A program made the translations under genes and the position numbers. Under the pieces are notes generated by a model that worked only from the letters and a program-made list of their open reading frames with translations, was not told the DNA's origin and searched no databases. From Octopus sinensis (Eukaryota), in NCBI RefSeq assembly GCF_006345805.1, contig NC_043006.1, forward strand, positions 19,592,001 to 19,656,000: a stretch of DNA of 64,000 nt, given 5' to 3'. Below are positions 1 to 12,537 of this stretch, one piece after another (positions within the stretch are counted from its first letter, which is position 1; every line of letters starts with the position of its first letter).

Positions 1-17
1 ATTATCAACTCACAAAG

Positions 18-835
18 TGGCGAGCATGCCGGGCGAAATGTTTAGCGGTATTTCGTCTGCCGTTACGTTGTGAGTTCAAATTCCGCCGAGGTCGACTTTG
101 CCTTTCATCCTTTCGGGGTCGATTAAATAAGTACCAGTTACGCACTGGAGTCGATCTAATCAACTTAATCCGTTTGTCTGTCCTTGTTTGTCCCCTCTGT
201 TTTTAGCCCCTTGTGGGTAATAAAGAAATAGTATTTCGTCTGTCTACGATCTCAGTTCAAATTCCGCCGAGACTGACTATACCTTTCATATTTTCGGGGT
301 CGATAAAATATGTACTAGCTGATGAGTGGAGTCGATGTAATCGACTTATGCCCTCTTCCGAACTTTTCTCTTTATTTACCTATAAAAAGCACACACAGGG
401 CGGGGGACGAACAAGGACAGGAATGACAGCACAAGTGGGGACAAAAACAGACGGATGAATGATATGAAATTATATAATGAAGATGTAAAATGGCTAATAC
501 TCGACCCCACTTCCGAGCAGTGTCCTTTTAAATCTATTTTCATCCTTTCGGGGTCGATAAATCACGTACCAGTTACGCACTGGGTGCGATGTAATCGACT
601 TAATCTGTTTGTCTGTCCTTGTTTGTCCTCGCTATGTTTAGCCCCTTGTGGGTAGTAAAGAAATAGGTATTTCGTCTGTCTTTAAGTTCTGAGTTCAAAT
701 TTCGCCGAGGTCGACTTTGCCTTTCATCCTTTCAGGGTAGATAAATTAATTACCAGTTGCGTACTGGGATCGATCTAATCGACTGGCCCCTACCCATAAA
801 ATTTCGGGCATTGTGCCTAAAGTAGAAAAGAATAT
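18..835 (+). mobile_element. Cluster/tandem array of tRNA-derived SINE family A units (two tail types)
   Basis: Repeated unit GGTATTTCGTCTG..GAGTTCAAATTCCGCCGAGGTCGACTTTGCCTTTCATCCTTTCGGGGTCGAT with a B-box-like GTTCAAATTCC. Tail 1 ends AGCCCCTTGTGGGTAATAAAGAAATA; tail 2 (about 785-835) ends CGGGCATTGTGCCTAAAGTAGAAAAGAAT. Confidence 0.9.
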
Positions 836-843
836 CTATTCTC

Positions 844-1380
844 CAGTGTCAAGCGTTTATAAAAGCTGCAGTGAACTCCGCTCACTATTGCTGATAGATG
901 CTTCGAATCCCTTTCTTTCTACGCTGTACAAAATCGTCATCTCCAATCGCTTCATCACTTTCTTGGATTTGTCTCAACCCTTCTCAAAATGAGTAAACAA
1001 AGCAAGAAGAAGACTCGTCAATATTCGGTGGAGTTTTTAAAGTCTGGGTTTATTCCTGATGAGCATGATAAGCGTAAACCGTTCCGCTTATTATGTCATC
1101 AGAAAATGAATAATGAGTCAATGAAAGCGGGCAGACAGGCTAAAAGCGCACTTGAAGATAAGACATCCCAACAATTCTAATTCATATTCTAATTCAAACC
1201 ACCAAAAGAAAATTTTGAAAACCGAACAAAACTCCCTTCACTATTTGTTGCACAACACGCGCTCAACACTCGTGCCCTCGAAGCCGGCCGCGAAACCTCC
1301 CTGCTTATAGCAAAACATTTTTAAAAATCACACTATTGGAGAGCAACTGATTAAACCAGCTATCTCAATATTCTTTAAAA
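844..1380 (+). mobile_element. Decayed hAT (Buster/Charlie-type) transposase N-terminal fragment
   Basis: ORF 989-1180 (KKKTRQYSVEFLKSGF...LLCHQKMNNESMK) resembles the KRKY..EYL.FGF / C..C...NESMKP BED-finger start of Buster/Charlie transposases. The frame is broken downstream. Confidence 0.6.
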
Positions 1381-1653
1381 GGATGAAAGGTAAAGTCGAC
1401 CTCGGCGGAATTTGAACTCAGAACTTAAAGACGAAATACCGCTAAAAAATTTTATATATACTGAAATTCTCTGTCTTGTTAGTTGCCAATGGTAGTTACA
1501 CTCTTTTGTAATTGGCATCGAATTTCTCTCAGTATCCATATCCCTAGTGTGTCAGTGCATTAGAGCCACGTCTAGACACATTGCACATCAAGCCGGGTTG
1601 TTTAGTCTTTTCTTGTCTGAATTGAATCTCGAATTATCAGGCCAAATTCTTAC

Positions 1654-1747
1654 TCGAGAATTTCAAAGATGAGCGCGCTGTCGATGATAGGTGACAGCAG
1701 AATCCAACGAGTCACTGCTTCCATTGCATGTCGATTATTTCGACCAC
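1654..1747 (-). CDS. Candidate internal exon (94 nt, phase 1 to 2): xGRNNRHAMEAVTRWILLSPIIDSALIFEIL
   Basis: Minus-strand acceptor CCTACCTTTTCCCAG and donor GA|GTAAGA. Only one frame is open, and the sequence is non-repetitive. Confidence 0.45.
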
Positions 1748-2588
1748 CTGGGAAAAGGTAGGTATCACGAAAACAAGCGGTCGAACGAAACCTTGATCCA
1801 AGATTAAAGCGTATTTATCTCACAAATAAGACATCGATTTAAGATTCAATAAAAAATCCAATTCAAAATTATATTGAACACTTTAAGGCGTTCTACCATA
1901 AAATAAGCAAAATACCGTGTGTGTGTGTGTGTGTGTGTGTGAAATGACAGTCAACTTTGAGTTAATTGAGCTGTTCACGACAGTGGAGACAAGAGAGAAA
2001 TCTGGAGTTTATATAGGATTTAGTTAAATTTAGGTAGAGCAGAGTGTATAAGGTGTGAACAGTGTGATGAAGTAGAGAATGATGGGTTTTTTCAGCAGGA
2101 AATGATGTGCAATGAAGCTAAAACTAAACAATTAGTCTACTAAACTACTTCATTATAACTGAATATCTTTTCTTCGTTGGAAATTATTTAGCGATCGTTG
2201 AACAAAAGAACTTTGAACTTTTGCTCAGTTAAAAGTTCGAAAGTCAGGCTATAGCTAGCTAAAACGAAGTTTATAATGTATTGTACCTAAATTTGTGTCA
2301 TTTTAGTTCTTAGAATAGACTTTACTCAAATTTGCTAGTCTAGGTGTCGAAAGGTCAGTTATAAGTTTAAATAGAGATATGGGTATTGTAAATATCTAAA
2401 AATTCAATAAGGTGGAAGGTCGCTCTAAAATGAACTTAGTTTCTTATTGTGGTCAATAGCAGTCGAATGAAATTAATTGAATTAGAAGAAGCAAGCAACT
2501 GAAGAAATACAAACGTACGAGCATGAAATATGTGGAAAATTAGAGCCAGAAAATACTTAGGATAATGCTATAGTTATATATATATATA

Positions 2589-4930
2589 CTAGCAGAATTG
2601 CCCGGCGATGCTCGGGGCTGAATTGCTTGAAAGTACTGTTAATAATTACACTGAATTATGATGATTATTCAGGTAAATATTGATATAAGTTTACGGCGAA
2701 TGAATGTATTCGTAAGTATATAGAAAGCCGTGTAAAGGGGTTTCTACCCCCTCGTAGAATGGTGTAAGAATTGAATGCGAGGTTGCCTTGAAAAGAGCCA
2801 TGTTATTGTTCTCATAATTGTAAGAATTTGATAGTCGTGGAAGGCGGTGTAAAACGTTTGCAGGTGAATAGGGTCTCTTCGTTTTCCACGAACGGCAGCG
2901 GATGTGCTGTTACAAAACTTCATGCTGTGTTAAAAGAGAATGGATGCCCTATGTAGGCAAGAGGGGAATGAAGCATGGGTAAGTAAATATGGGTAATTTA
3001 TAAAATATAGAACAATAGCATCTACTCACCATATGTCAGACCGGCAAGACTGTAGTGGTGCTGTATAGATGAATCACAACACAGTGGTGGAGATGTTTTC
3101 ATTGATGGGCGTTATGATTAAATTTGTTGTTGTATAAAATGATCTGTTGCTTAGTTTCCAAAGTGTATGTTGCGATCGTGTTGTCGCTTATGTAAACTTT
3201 AACAGTGAGAGTGTAAATGTAGGGGGTAGATGTGTCATGTACGTTGGATATAGAAGATGAGGCTGGTGGTTTGATAATGAATGGATAGAAATAGAGGTGA
3301 GCGAAGGACAGGTGTTGGTTAAGTGTGAATTAATGTCATGAAACGCCTAAAAATGTAAATGCAATTATAAAAGAGAGTCGTATGTAAGTGAAATACTAAC
3401 GTGTTCGAAAATGATGAAACGTAATAATCCTATAAAACTTATTTGTACACAATGTTTTTTTGTTTTTCGTTGTGGAACGAATGCGAAAGCATCACTGTTG
3501 CTGCCGACACGCGAGCAGGCAACATAAAGCTGACCATGAGAGAAACATGGCTCTCCCAAATGTATTCCCGCCACAGACAGTGTTTCACCCTGCGCTTTGT
3601 TAATTAACATTGCGAAACATGGCCTTACTGGGAACTGGGACCTCCGAAATATGAAAGGTAGGTCTGCTCCTGATGGGAAAAGATGCATCCTAGGTATGAG
3701 CACAACGTTGCCTCGACCGCACCCTGTGATAATGGTGGCCTCAATCAGATTGGGAGATAAGGACTTAATGATCAAACGTGTGCCATTGCATTGTTTTGGG
3801 GGAACCAAATTTCTAAGGAGCATTATAGGGGCACCAACTTTAAGTTTGAGAATGTGTGGTGGTAGTCCGGGGGGCTCAAAGGAATTGAGTACCTCTATTG
3901 GATAGTTGATGACGTCCTCTGGGTCAGGAGTTGTATCGATAGACTTATATACATAGACATCCCCAGGAATGAGTTTTAGCATTTCATCATTAATATGGTG
4001 AACAGTTTTATTCCTCGGGGCCAGAATAGCCCTTTGGCCAATCCAATCCATATTCTGATAATTAGCTTGTAGATCTGGGAAGACTGCATCTCTGAGATCA
4101 GAAGGCGTTTTAACAATGGTACAAATGGAATCGATCGCAATATTACCATTTTCATCCCTGGTATTTTGCCTTCGCCAAGTGCAAGGAGGGTGTGAAAAAA
4201 TGCTGCTGATGTGATATTACGTCGCATATGAGCACGCATATTGGTGTGAAGTTTGAGAGTCTTCACCAGTGGCCACAATGTGGATGACTTAAGACACGCA
4301 CTTACTGCATCAGCTCTAGTCCCTTTGGGAATAACGGGAAGTGTTTGTCGGAAGTCCCCTGAAAGAAGAAGTGTTATGCCTCCCATGGGAGCTGAAGAGT
4401 GTTTGAAGTTCTGAGAGATCTATCTAGTGCCTCAAGAGCACCTCTGTGGGCCATCGCGCATTCATCCCAAACGATAAGCTTTCTGCCTGATCGGAGCTGT
4501 TACTGATGTTGCAAGTTGGTGTCTCAGTCTTCGCTAAGTCAAGCGGAAACTTGAAAGTGGAGTGAGCTGTCCTGCCGCCTGGCAACAAAGTAGCCGCAAT
4601 TCCAGATGATGCCACAGCTAGGGCAATGCCTTGTGTTCGCCTAATCTCAGCCAATATTAATTTGTTGACAAAAGTTTCCCCAGTGCCCCCAGGAGCGTCT
4701 AGGAAAAAAATCCCCCCCAGCTTTGGCCCGGTCTGAATTAACAACGGAGTTGTAAGCCAACTTCTGTTCTGGAAGGAGCTTTGGCTCATTGTCGGCTATG
4801 TACTCGGCAAGCTCGTCAACGTTAAAACATGTCTCACGCAGCAAATGTGAAGACAGAGTGTTTGTGCCTTCCCGGTTTGTTGAAGGTAGGCCATAGACCG
4901 GCAAGGCACTACCGCCCATATCAAGTACAG
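2589..4930 (-). mobile_element. Helitron 3' part with frameshifted PIF1-family helicase
   Basis: ORFs 4647-4919, 4424-4789, 3976-4386 and 3365-4051 carry [41 protein letters not shown] and HGQLYVACSRV. The 3' terminus is the hairpin CCCGAGCATCGCCGGG followed by CTAG|T at 2589. Confidence 0.92.
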
Positions 4931-5099
4931 TATCTTCGAACGTAATTTGTTACCACACAGCCACACCTGCCCCTATGTATGTGTGTGTGTGTGCGTGTGT
5001 GTGTATGGGTAGATATATTATGCATGTATATATGTGCTTATATATATGTATACATATTACATGTACATCTATATATATACATATACACATAAAATACAA

Positions 5100-6006
5100 A
5101 ATACAAAGTTATATCTTGATATCGCTAGTGATAACAATACTCAAAATATATAACAGACTGGAATTGTAGGCCCGTCTCTTGCAATTTCGATCAATTGGAT
5201 CTTGTCCTCCCTCTTGTATAGAAGTGTACGGCTGCAGCGAAATTCATTTTTGGACTTTCTTCTATCGAAGGCATTTAAACAAAAATGCTTCCGTAAAGAC
5301 GGTGAAAATATTGTCAATTCCCCAAACAGGGACACAATTCAATTTTTAAACAATAACCAAAGCCCCTTCTCCGAAAGGGGGAGGGTTACGGTTTACAATT
5401 ATTTAACAAATGCAACACAACAACGTTTCCCTGACGTGGAACCAACAAACGTGATTACAATAGTCAAACGGTAATAATAATAACAACAAACCTTTTTAAT
5501 TTATCCCCATTTATGTGAAACCACTTATTCAGGTTCAAGTCATTGATGCAATTTTATACGAATTGCTAATACACACACACACATAATAAGGGTGAAAAAT
5601 TGAATATTAATTTGATTAATATGAATTGAAAACCAGTGGTGTAGCATATAAGACCATAGCGGATCTTCCTCAAGCAAAAAGGATGACCAGTATTAATGGC
5701 TCATCCCTGTTATATAAACACTTTCACTTTAATTGTTGCACACTTGCAAAGAGAAAGTAGGAGAAAGTGTGGTGGTAATGGAAGGAGTGAAGCACTTGAA
5801 ATGAGAGAGGCAAATCGTAAAATATTGAGTTTTCTCGAATTTTTGCTTAATTGGGGGTCAAATCGAAAAAACTTTACATGCCATGACCCAATCGAATCTA
5901 CTTGGAAAAATCATAGGTAAATTCCAATTGAAGAAATTCTATATTGTAGAATTGTATTAAAAAGAAACATGGGAACAGGCAGAGAAAATCTGCCTTTTAT
6001 CATAAG

Positions 6007-6007
<1 letters not shown>
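5100..6007 (-). mobile_element. Helitron-like 5' terminal segment (possibly the 5' end of the 2589-4930 element)
   Basis: Minus strand reads A|TCTTATGATAAAAGG at 6007, matching the Helitron A|TC 5' end. The link to the helicase is inferred only from orientation and proximity. Confidence 0.35.
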
Positions 6008-6083
<76 letters not shown>

Positions 6084-6112
6084 CATGCATTCAACTATAA
6101 ATACATAATCTA

Positions 6113-7310
6113 TTGGGTTGGAAGCTAAGTTCCCGTCGTTGTTTTTTTCAATTTAAATTTTATTAAAAGGTTAATTAAAAAATAACAACTAATTAATCAA
6201 TAATGTATTCACCTTTGTTCTTTACTTCTTCCCAACGTTCAACAAGATTTTCAAAACCTCGTTGGTAGAAATCATGTGATTTCGACTCAAAAAATTGATC
6301 CAACCAAGCTGTCAGTCCTGCATCAGTATTGAACGAAACTCAGTGCATAGCATTTGAAAGAGATCGAAAGAGGTGGAAATCCGTTGGTGCCAAATCAGGA
6401 GAGTACGGTGGGTGTGGCAGTACTTCCCATCCATGCGTTTGAATGGCTTCCTTGGTCATATTGGAGGTATATGAGGGCTGGCGTTGACGTGCAGCAAAAG
6501 AACTCCATGCTACCGATTAGGTCTTTTCTCTTAAATAGCCGTGTTGAGTCGTTCAATCTGTTGAACATAGAGTTCCGCGTTAACCGTTTCGTTCCGTTCC
6601 AGCAATTCGTAATGGATAATCCTTTCTCAGTCCCACCATACGCACAACATCGTCTTACGCGGATGAAGATCTTGTCTCACGAATGGTGTCGCTTGTTTAC
6701 CGGGACTAAGCCATATTGATGTATAGGCACCGTTTTTCGTCGCCAACAACGAGTTCAGCAAGCAAACCAGCGGAGATTGTGGCTCGTTGGTTTTGTTGTC
6801 ACTTAAAGCATACGAAACCCATGCACTATACTTCTGAACCTTCGAGTGAAGATGCTTCTCTATAGCAGTGTAGTAGCATTCCATTTTCTCTGCCAGTTCC
6901 CTTGTCGTTTGACGAGAATTTTCGTGCAAAAGTTGGTTTAATCGCTCCTCATCGAACTCAACTGGACGGCCAGAACGAGGTGCGTCTTTGAGGTCAAAAT
7001 TTCCATTTTTGAACTTGGCATACCAATCACGAGCGCTTCTTTAAGCTATGGCACCTTCTCCATACACAGCACAAATGTCATGAACAGCTTTTGCGGCCTT
7101 AGAACTTTGGTTAAAAGCAAAAAGAAGGAGGCGTCGAAAATGCTCGTTTTTCTTAACTTGTCATTCCATTTTAATGATCTGAAAATAAACAAAAATTAAC
7201 TAAAATTAACTAGAAAAAAAAATATTCAAAAATGATTCAAAAATAGAATTCTTGAAAAAAATAAATTCCAAACTTAAAAAAAAACGGCGGGAATTTAGTT
7301 GCCAACCCAG
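6113..7310 (-). mobile_element. Complete mariner (DD34D) element with a dead transposase
   Basis: Inverted termini TTGGGTTGGAAGCTAAGTTCCCG and CGGGAATTTAGTTGCCAACCCAG, with TA on both sides. Transposase motifs are WVSYAL (WVPHEL-like), HPRKTMLCVWWD and HPPYSPDLAPTDFHLFRSL. There is a stop at codon 3 after the ATG at 7169. Confidence 0.93.
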
Positions 7311-7511
7311 TATATGATACATGCATCTGCACGTACATACACAAATATATATTCACACAGAAATATATATACTACACACATTCATAGGTATTTACATTGA
7401 TTTACAAATGTACATACATATACACAAAGACACATACATGAACACACACACACACACATACGCATTCTACGCATACATTTGTGTATATATACGTACATGC
7501 ACTGATGCGTA

Positions 7512-7923
7512 TACTCTTTTACTCTTTTACTTGTTTCAGTCATTTGACTGCGGCCATGCTGGAGCACCGCCTTTAATCAAGCAACTCGACTCCGGGACTT
7601 ATTCTTTTTGTAAGCCCAGTACTTATTCTATCGGTCTCTTTTGCCGAACCGCTAAGTAACGGGGACATAAACACACCAGCATCGGTTGTCAAGCAATGAT
7701 AGGGGGACAAACACAGACACACATACACATATATATATATATATATATATACATATATACGACAGGCTTCTTTCAGTTTCCGTCTACCAAATCCACTCAC
7801 AAGGCTTTGGTCGGCCCGAGGCTATAGTAGAAGACACTTGCCCAAGTTGCCACGCAGTGGGACTGAACCCGGAACCATGTGGTTGGTAAGCAAGCTACTT
7901 ACCACACAGCCACTCCTGCGCCT
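7512..7923 (-). mobile_element. tRNA-derived SINE family B, full length
   Basis: Head AGGCGCAGGAGTGGCTGTGTGG (A box) and GGTTCAGTCCC (B box), an internal TA/TG microsatellite, and an (AGTAAAAG)n tail. Confidence 0.9.
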
Positions 7924-8084
7924 ATGTACGGGTACTGATAAATGTATGCACTTACGCATATATATATAGTTTAGAGAAAGCAATATATACTTTATGAGCT
8001 TCTATTTTCATGCGATGAAAACAACACAGGCATCATTTTATAATGCGTCGGGTGCCTTCATGAAATCTTCAGGTTTCTCTGTGT

Positions 8085-8155
<71 letters not shown>

Positions 8156-8367
8156 CGTGTGTCTGTGTGTGTACGACAGGCATCTTTCTGTTGCTCTCTA
8201 CCAAATCCACTCAGAAGGTTTTGGGTGGCCCGGGGCTGTAATAGGATACATTTGCTTAAGGTGCACCCAGGGAACTGAATGGGGAGCCATATGGTTGGGA
8301 AGCAAACATCTTACCTCTCGGCCACGCTTACACATATACAAATGTTTTATATATGCCACCTTTGCAG

Positions 8368-8900
8368 TCATACATACATACATACATACATACATACATG
8401 CATACATGCATACATGCATACATGCATAGATACATACATACATACATACATACATACATACATACATACATGCATACATACATACATGCATACATACATA
8501 CATACATACATACATACATACATACATACATGCATACATGCATAGATACACACACACACACATACAAACATACATACATACATGCATACATACATACATA
8601 CATACACACATACATACATACATGCATAATACATACATGCATACATACATACATACATACATACATACATACATGCATGCATACATACATACATACATAC
8701 ATGCATTGCATACATACATCATACTACATGCATAACATACATACATACATACATACCATACATGCATACATAATACATACATACATACATACATACATAC
8801 ATACATACATACATGCATGATACATACATCATACATACATACATACATACAACATACATGCATGCATACATACATACATACATACATACATACATACATA
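8368..8900. repeat. (TACA)n/(TGCA) microsatellite
   Basis: About 530 bp of ATAC units; it is the source of the spurious HTYI/MYVC ORFs. Confidence 0.97.
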
Positions 8901-9162
8901 ACTTTCTTTATTGCCACACAGGGCTGGACACAGAGGGGACAATTACAAATGTAGAGCTTTTCTTTTCGGAGGTGGAAAAGGAAAAAGAAGAAAAAAGAAA
9001 ACAAATGTAAAATTTCGATCAAAAGGGATCGTGTATCACAGAAAGAAATTTTTTTTTTAAGTAACAAACAAGATTAAGTTTCATCACGTGGAAAGAAAAC
9101 AGCCTACAAAAAGACAACGGTAACCTCAGGCAGGGAGGAAAAAAAACACATGAGAGCAAAGT

Positions 9163-9205
<43 letters not shown>

Positions 9206-10203
9206 TCGCTCTCTCTCTCTCCTCATCTCTCTCCTCTCGCTCTCTCTCTCTCTGCTCTCTCTGTCTTCTCTCTCTCTCTCTCTCTGTCTCTGTAACATTT
9301 ACAGGATCATGCTCAAAGTGATTTTCGTCACTCGCACGCACCATCTTTGCTACATTCACCCACCTTTTTTTGAAACTTTCACGAGACAAAACCTGCCTCT
9401 CTCCATTCTCACCTTCCTTTACAAGTGATACTTGAAAAAGTTGATGAGCGATTGGCCAGAGAGGTAAGTGTTTCGCTCGAGTCCACCACACACATTCTTT
9501 CACCATAGCCACCAGTACGATGAAAGCTGCCTTGCCTTCTCGGTTGAGGGAAGGAGGCGGTGCAATTATCACGATAGACTCGGCCGACAGGCGGACTCGT
9601 CCCACACGTGACAGTAGCCGTTCGGCATAAGCCCACAGGGGCGAAATGGATGGACACCGCACGAGCGCGTGCAGAACGGTTTCGTTGCTCTGACCACATC
9701 TCGGGCAAGTCGGTTTAGTTCTGTCTCGAACCGTGCCTGTAGAGCTTATCCCGAACAGGTAAATGCTTCTCGATAGCACTGCCAGGCCACAAATCTTTGG
9801 TGATTGTCCATAGGTCCAGGCTCGAAAGTTCTCCTGAACAGGCGGGTCAGGTGTCTCTCGTCGACGCCCAGATTTTGCCCGAGAACGTCGTCGCACCTCC
9901 CCTCCATTAATCCTCTATAGAACGCCTTTGTTGTAATGAAGTCGCACAAATTTGTTCCCGGACGGCAGAGTTGCTTGAGAGCAACGCGACACTCGCGGTG
10001 TCATTCGCCTAGCCTCGGTCTCTGTTTGATCCGCGATTGTAGTTCGGCCAAGGAGATGAGCTACGAGAAAGCGCGTCGCGCAAAAGGCGACCACACCTAT
10101 TCACCATCGTCTATGAAGCGCCGGAGATGTTGCAGTCTCAGCGCATGTCTGCGCATCATCAACCACGGCGTGCCTAGCCCTCCATTTAGCGGGTGTTGAC
10201 AGC
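8901..10203 (-). mobile_element. 5'-truncated Tx1/L1-clade LINE (ORF2 C-terminus and 3' UTR)
   Basis: C-terminal zinc finger CPRCGQSNETVLHALVRC, a (GA)n-containing 3' UTR, and a 3' end ...GTCCCCTCTGTGTCCAGCCCTGTGTGGCAATAAAGAAAGT abutting (TATG)n. Confidence 0.88.
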
Positions 10204-10270
<67 letters not shown>

Positions 10271-10276
10271 CAGATA

Positions 10277-10572
10277 ACTTTCTTTTATTAGTCACACAGG
10301 GCTGAATACAGAGGGGACAAATACAAATGTAGAGCTTTTCTTTTCGAGGGTAGAAAAGAAAAAGGAAAATAAATGTAAGATTTCGATCAAAAGGGATCGA
10401 GAGAAAAGGAAAAAAAAAAGGAATTGTGTATCACAGAAACACTTTGTTAAAAAAAATCATTGATAAAACAAGATTGGGTTCATCCGCGGGAAGAAAAGCC
10501 TACAGAAAAGACCACGGGAACCTCAGTCAGGGAGGAAATAACCACATGAGAGCAAGATGCTCTCTCTCTTCT

Positions 10573-10613
<41 letters not shown>

Positions 10614-10922
10614 TCTCTCTTACGATTTACAGGGTCATGCTTAAAATGGTTTCGTCACTCGCACGCACCATCTTTGCAACATTCACCCATCTTTTTTTAA
10701 TCTTACGCGAGACAAAACTTCCCTCTCCATTATCACCTTCCTTTTCAAATGTACTTGAAAAAGTTGATGAGCGATTGGCCAGAGAGGTAAGTGTTTGTCT
10801 CTAATCCTTTCGCTCGGGTCCACCACACACATTCTTTCACCATGGCCACAAGTACGATGAAAACTGCCTTGCCTTCCCGGTTGAGGGAAGGGGGCGGAGC
10901 AATATTCACGATAGACTCGGCC
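10277..10922 (-). mobile_element. Second 5'-truncated copy of the same Tx1-like LINE, embedded in (GATA)n
   Basis: Clearly homologous to 8901-9600 ([20 protein letters not shown]). It is flanked by (GATA)n at 10204-10276 and 10923-11075. Confidence 0.88.
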
Positions 10923-10937
10923 GATAGATAGATAGAT

Positions 10938-10995
<58 letters not shown>

Positions 10996-11000
10996 CAGAC

Positions 11001-11073
<73 letters not shown>

Positions 11074-11371
11074 TACAGTACAATAATAAAAAAACACGAT
11101 GTAAAAAAAAAACAAGCTTAGAATGTTAGTTTTGCGCTCAGCAATAAGTCTTCTTCAGAAAGAATAGACGAAGAGAGACAAAAGAGAGAAAGAAAAGAAC
11201 AGACGAGCTTTAGTAAGACAATGACCGCATGCTGAAATGACCGGAAGAGGAAGGAGACAAGCGCGGAAGAGAAAGGAGACTTGAAGCGTGAGTGGCAACG
11301 GAAACAACGGTGACCTGGAATATGTGTGTAAGTTGCATAGAGGAACTGTGTGGCTATATGGATATATTTAT

Positions 11372-11979
11372 GAAAGGCGGCGAGCTGGCAGACACGTTAG
11401 CGCGCCGGGCGGAATGCTTAGCGGTATTTCGTCTGTCGTTACGTTGTGAGTTCAAATTCCGCCGAGGTCGACTTTGCCTTTCATCCTTTCGGGGTCGATA
11501 AATAAAAGTACCAGTTTCGCACTGGGGTCGATATAATCGACTTAATCCGCTTATCTGTCCTTGTTTGTCCTCTCTGTGTTTAGCCCCTTGTGGGTAGTAA
11601 AGAAATAGGTATTTCGTCTGTCGTTACGTTCTGAGTTCAAATTCCGCCGAGGTCGACTTTGCCTTTCATCCTTTCAGGGGTCGATAAATAAAAGTACCAG
11701 TTACGCACTGGGGTCGATGTAATCGACTTAATACCTATGTCTGTCCTTGTTTGTCCCCTCTGTGTTTAACCCCTTGTGGGTAATAAAGAAATATGTATTT
11801 CGTCAGTCGTTACGTTCTGAGTTCAAATTCCGCCGAGGTCGACTTTACCTTTCATCCTTTCGGGGTCGATAAATAAAAGTACCAGTTTCGCACTGGGGTC
11901 GATGTAATCGACTTAATCCCTTTGTCTGTCCTTGTTTGTCCTCTCTGTGTTTAGCCCCTTGTGGGCAATAAAGAAATAT
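11372..11979 (+). mobile_element. SINE-A trimer flanked by one 15-bp TSD
   Basis: One full head plus two headless units starting (G)GTATTTCGTC. TATGGATATATTTAT occurs at 11357-11371 and 11980-11994. Confidence 0.92.
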
Positions 11980-12140
11980 TATGGATATATTTATTAATAA
12001 AATAGACGGCACTCGATTTCCTAGATTGCATGTATAGATTCGGTGATTGTGAGGCTGGGTTACAAGAATCTGACGTAGTGACGCACGTGAGTGCACCACG
12101 TATCTCTACATTCCTTAACTATCTGTCTATTATATATATA

Positions 12141-12537
12141 GTAGCAGTATCGCCCGGCGTTGCTCGGGTTTGTAAGGGAAATAACTATATAAGCATTTTT
12201 GGAAAGTTATAGCAAAAAAATAGCAAAAAAATGCATTAGAAATGGAATAAAAAATGATGGTAATTTTTTTTTTAAATCGTTGACTCATCGTAGACATTTT
12301 TAGAGAGTTGCTTCCCTTATATAATAGCGAAAAAATGCATTAAAATGGAAAAAATGATGGTAAATTTTTTTTTAATCGTAGACTCATCGTAGACGCGCGC
12401 TAATACCCAGAAGGGCTCGATATGAATCACGACTATAAGAAACCCGGTTTTGGTTAAACTGCACCGCAAAATGTGGGAGTAGTTAGGAATCTAAATCGTT
12501 GGAGACAGACACACAACTTCACTTTTATATATAAAGA
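12141..12537 (-). mobile_element. Non-autonomous Helitron, both ends present
   Basis: 5' A|TCTTTATATATAAAAG. The 3' hairpin CCCGAGCAACGCCGGG is followed by CTAC|T and is nearly the same hairpin as at 2589. Confidence 0.8.

Noticed and set aside
8198-9067. 289-aa MYVC-repeat ORF and similar HTYI/YIYI ORFs elsewhere
   Set aside because: These are tetra- and dinucleotide microsatellite read-throughs.
11372-11979. CRISPR-like repeat array
   Set aside because: Units are about 185-bp SINE bodies without unique spacers, in a eukaryotic context.
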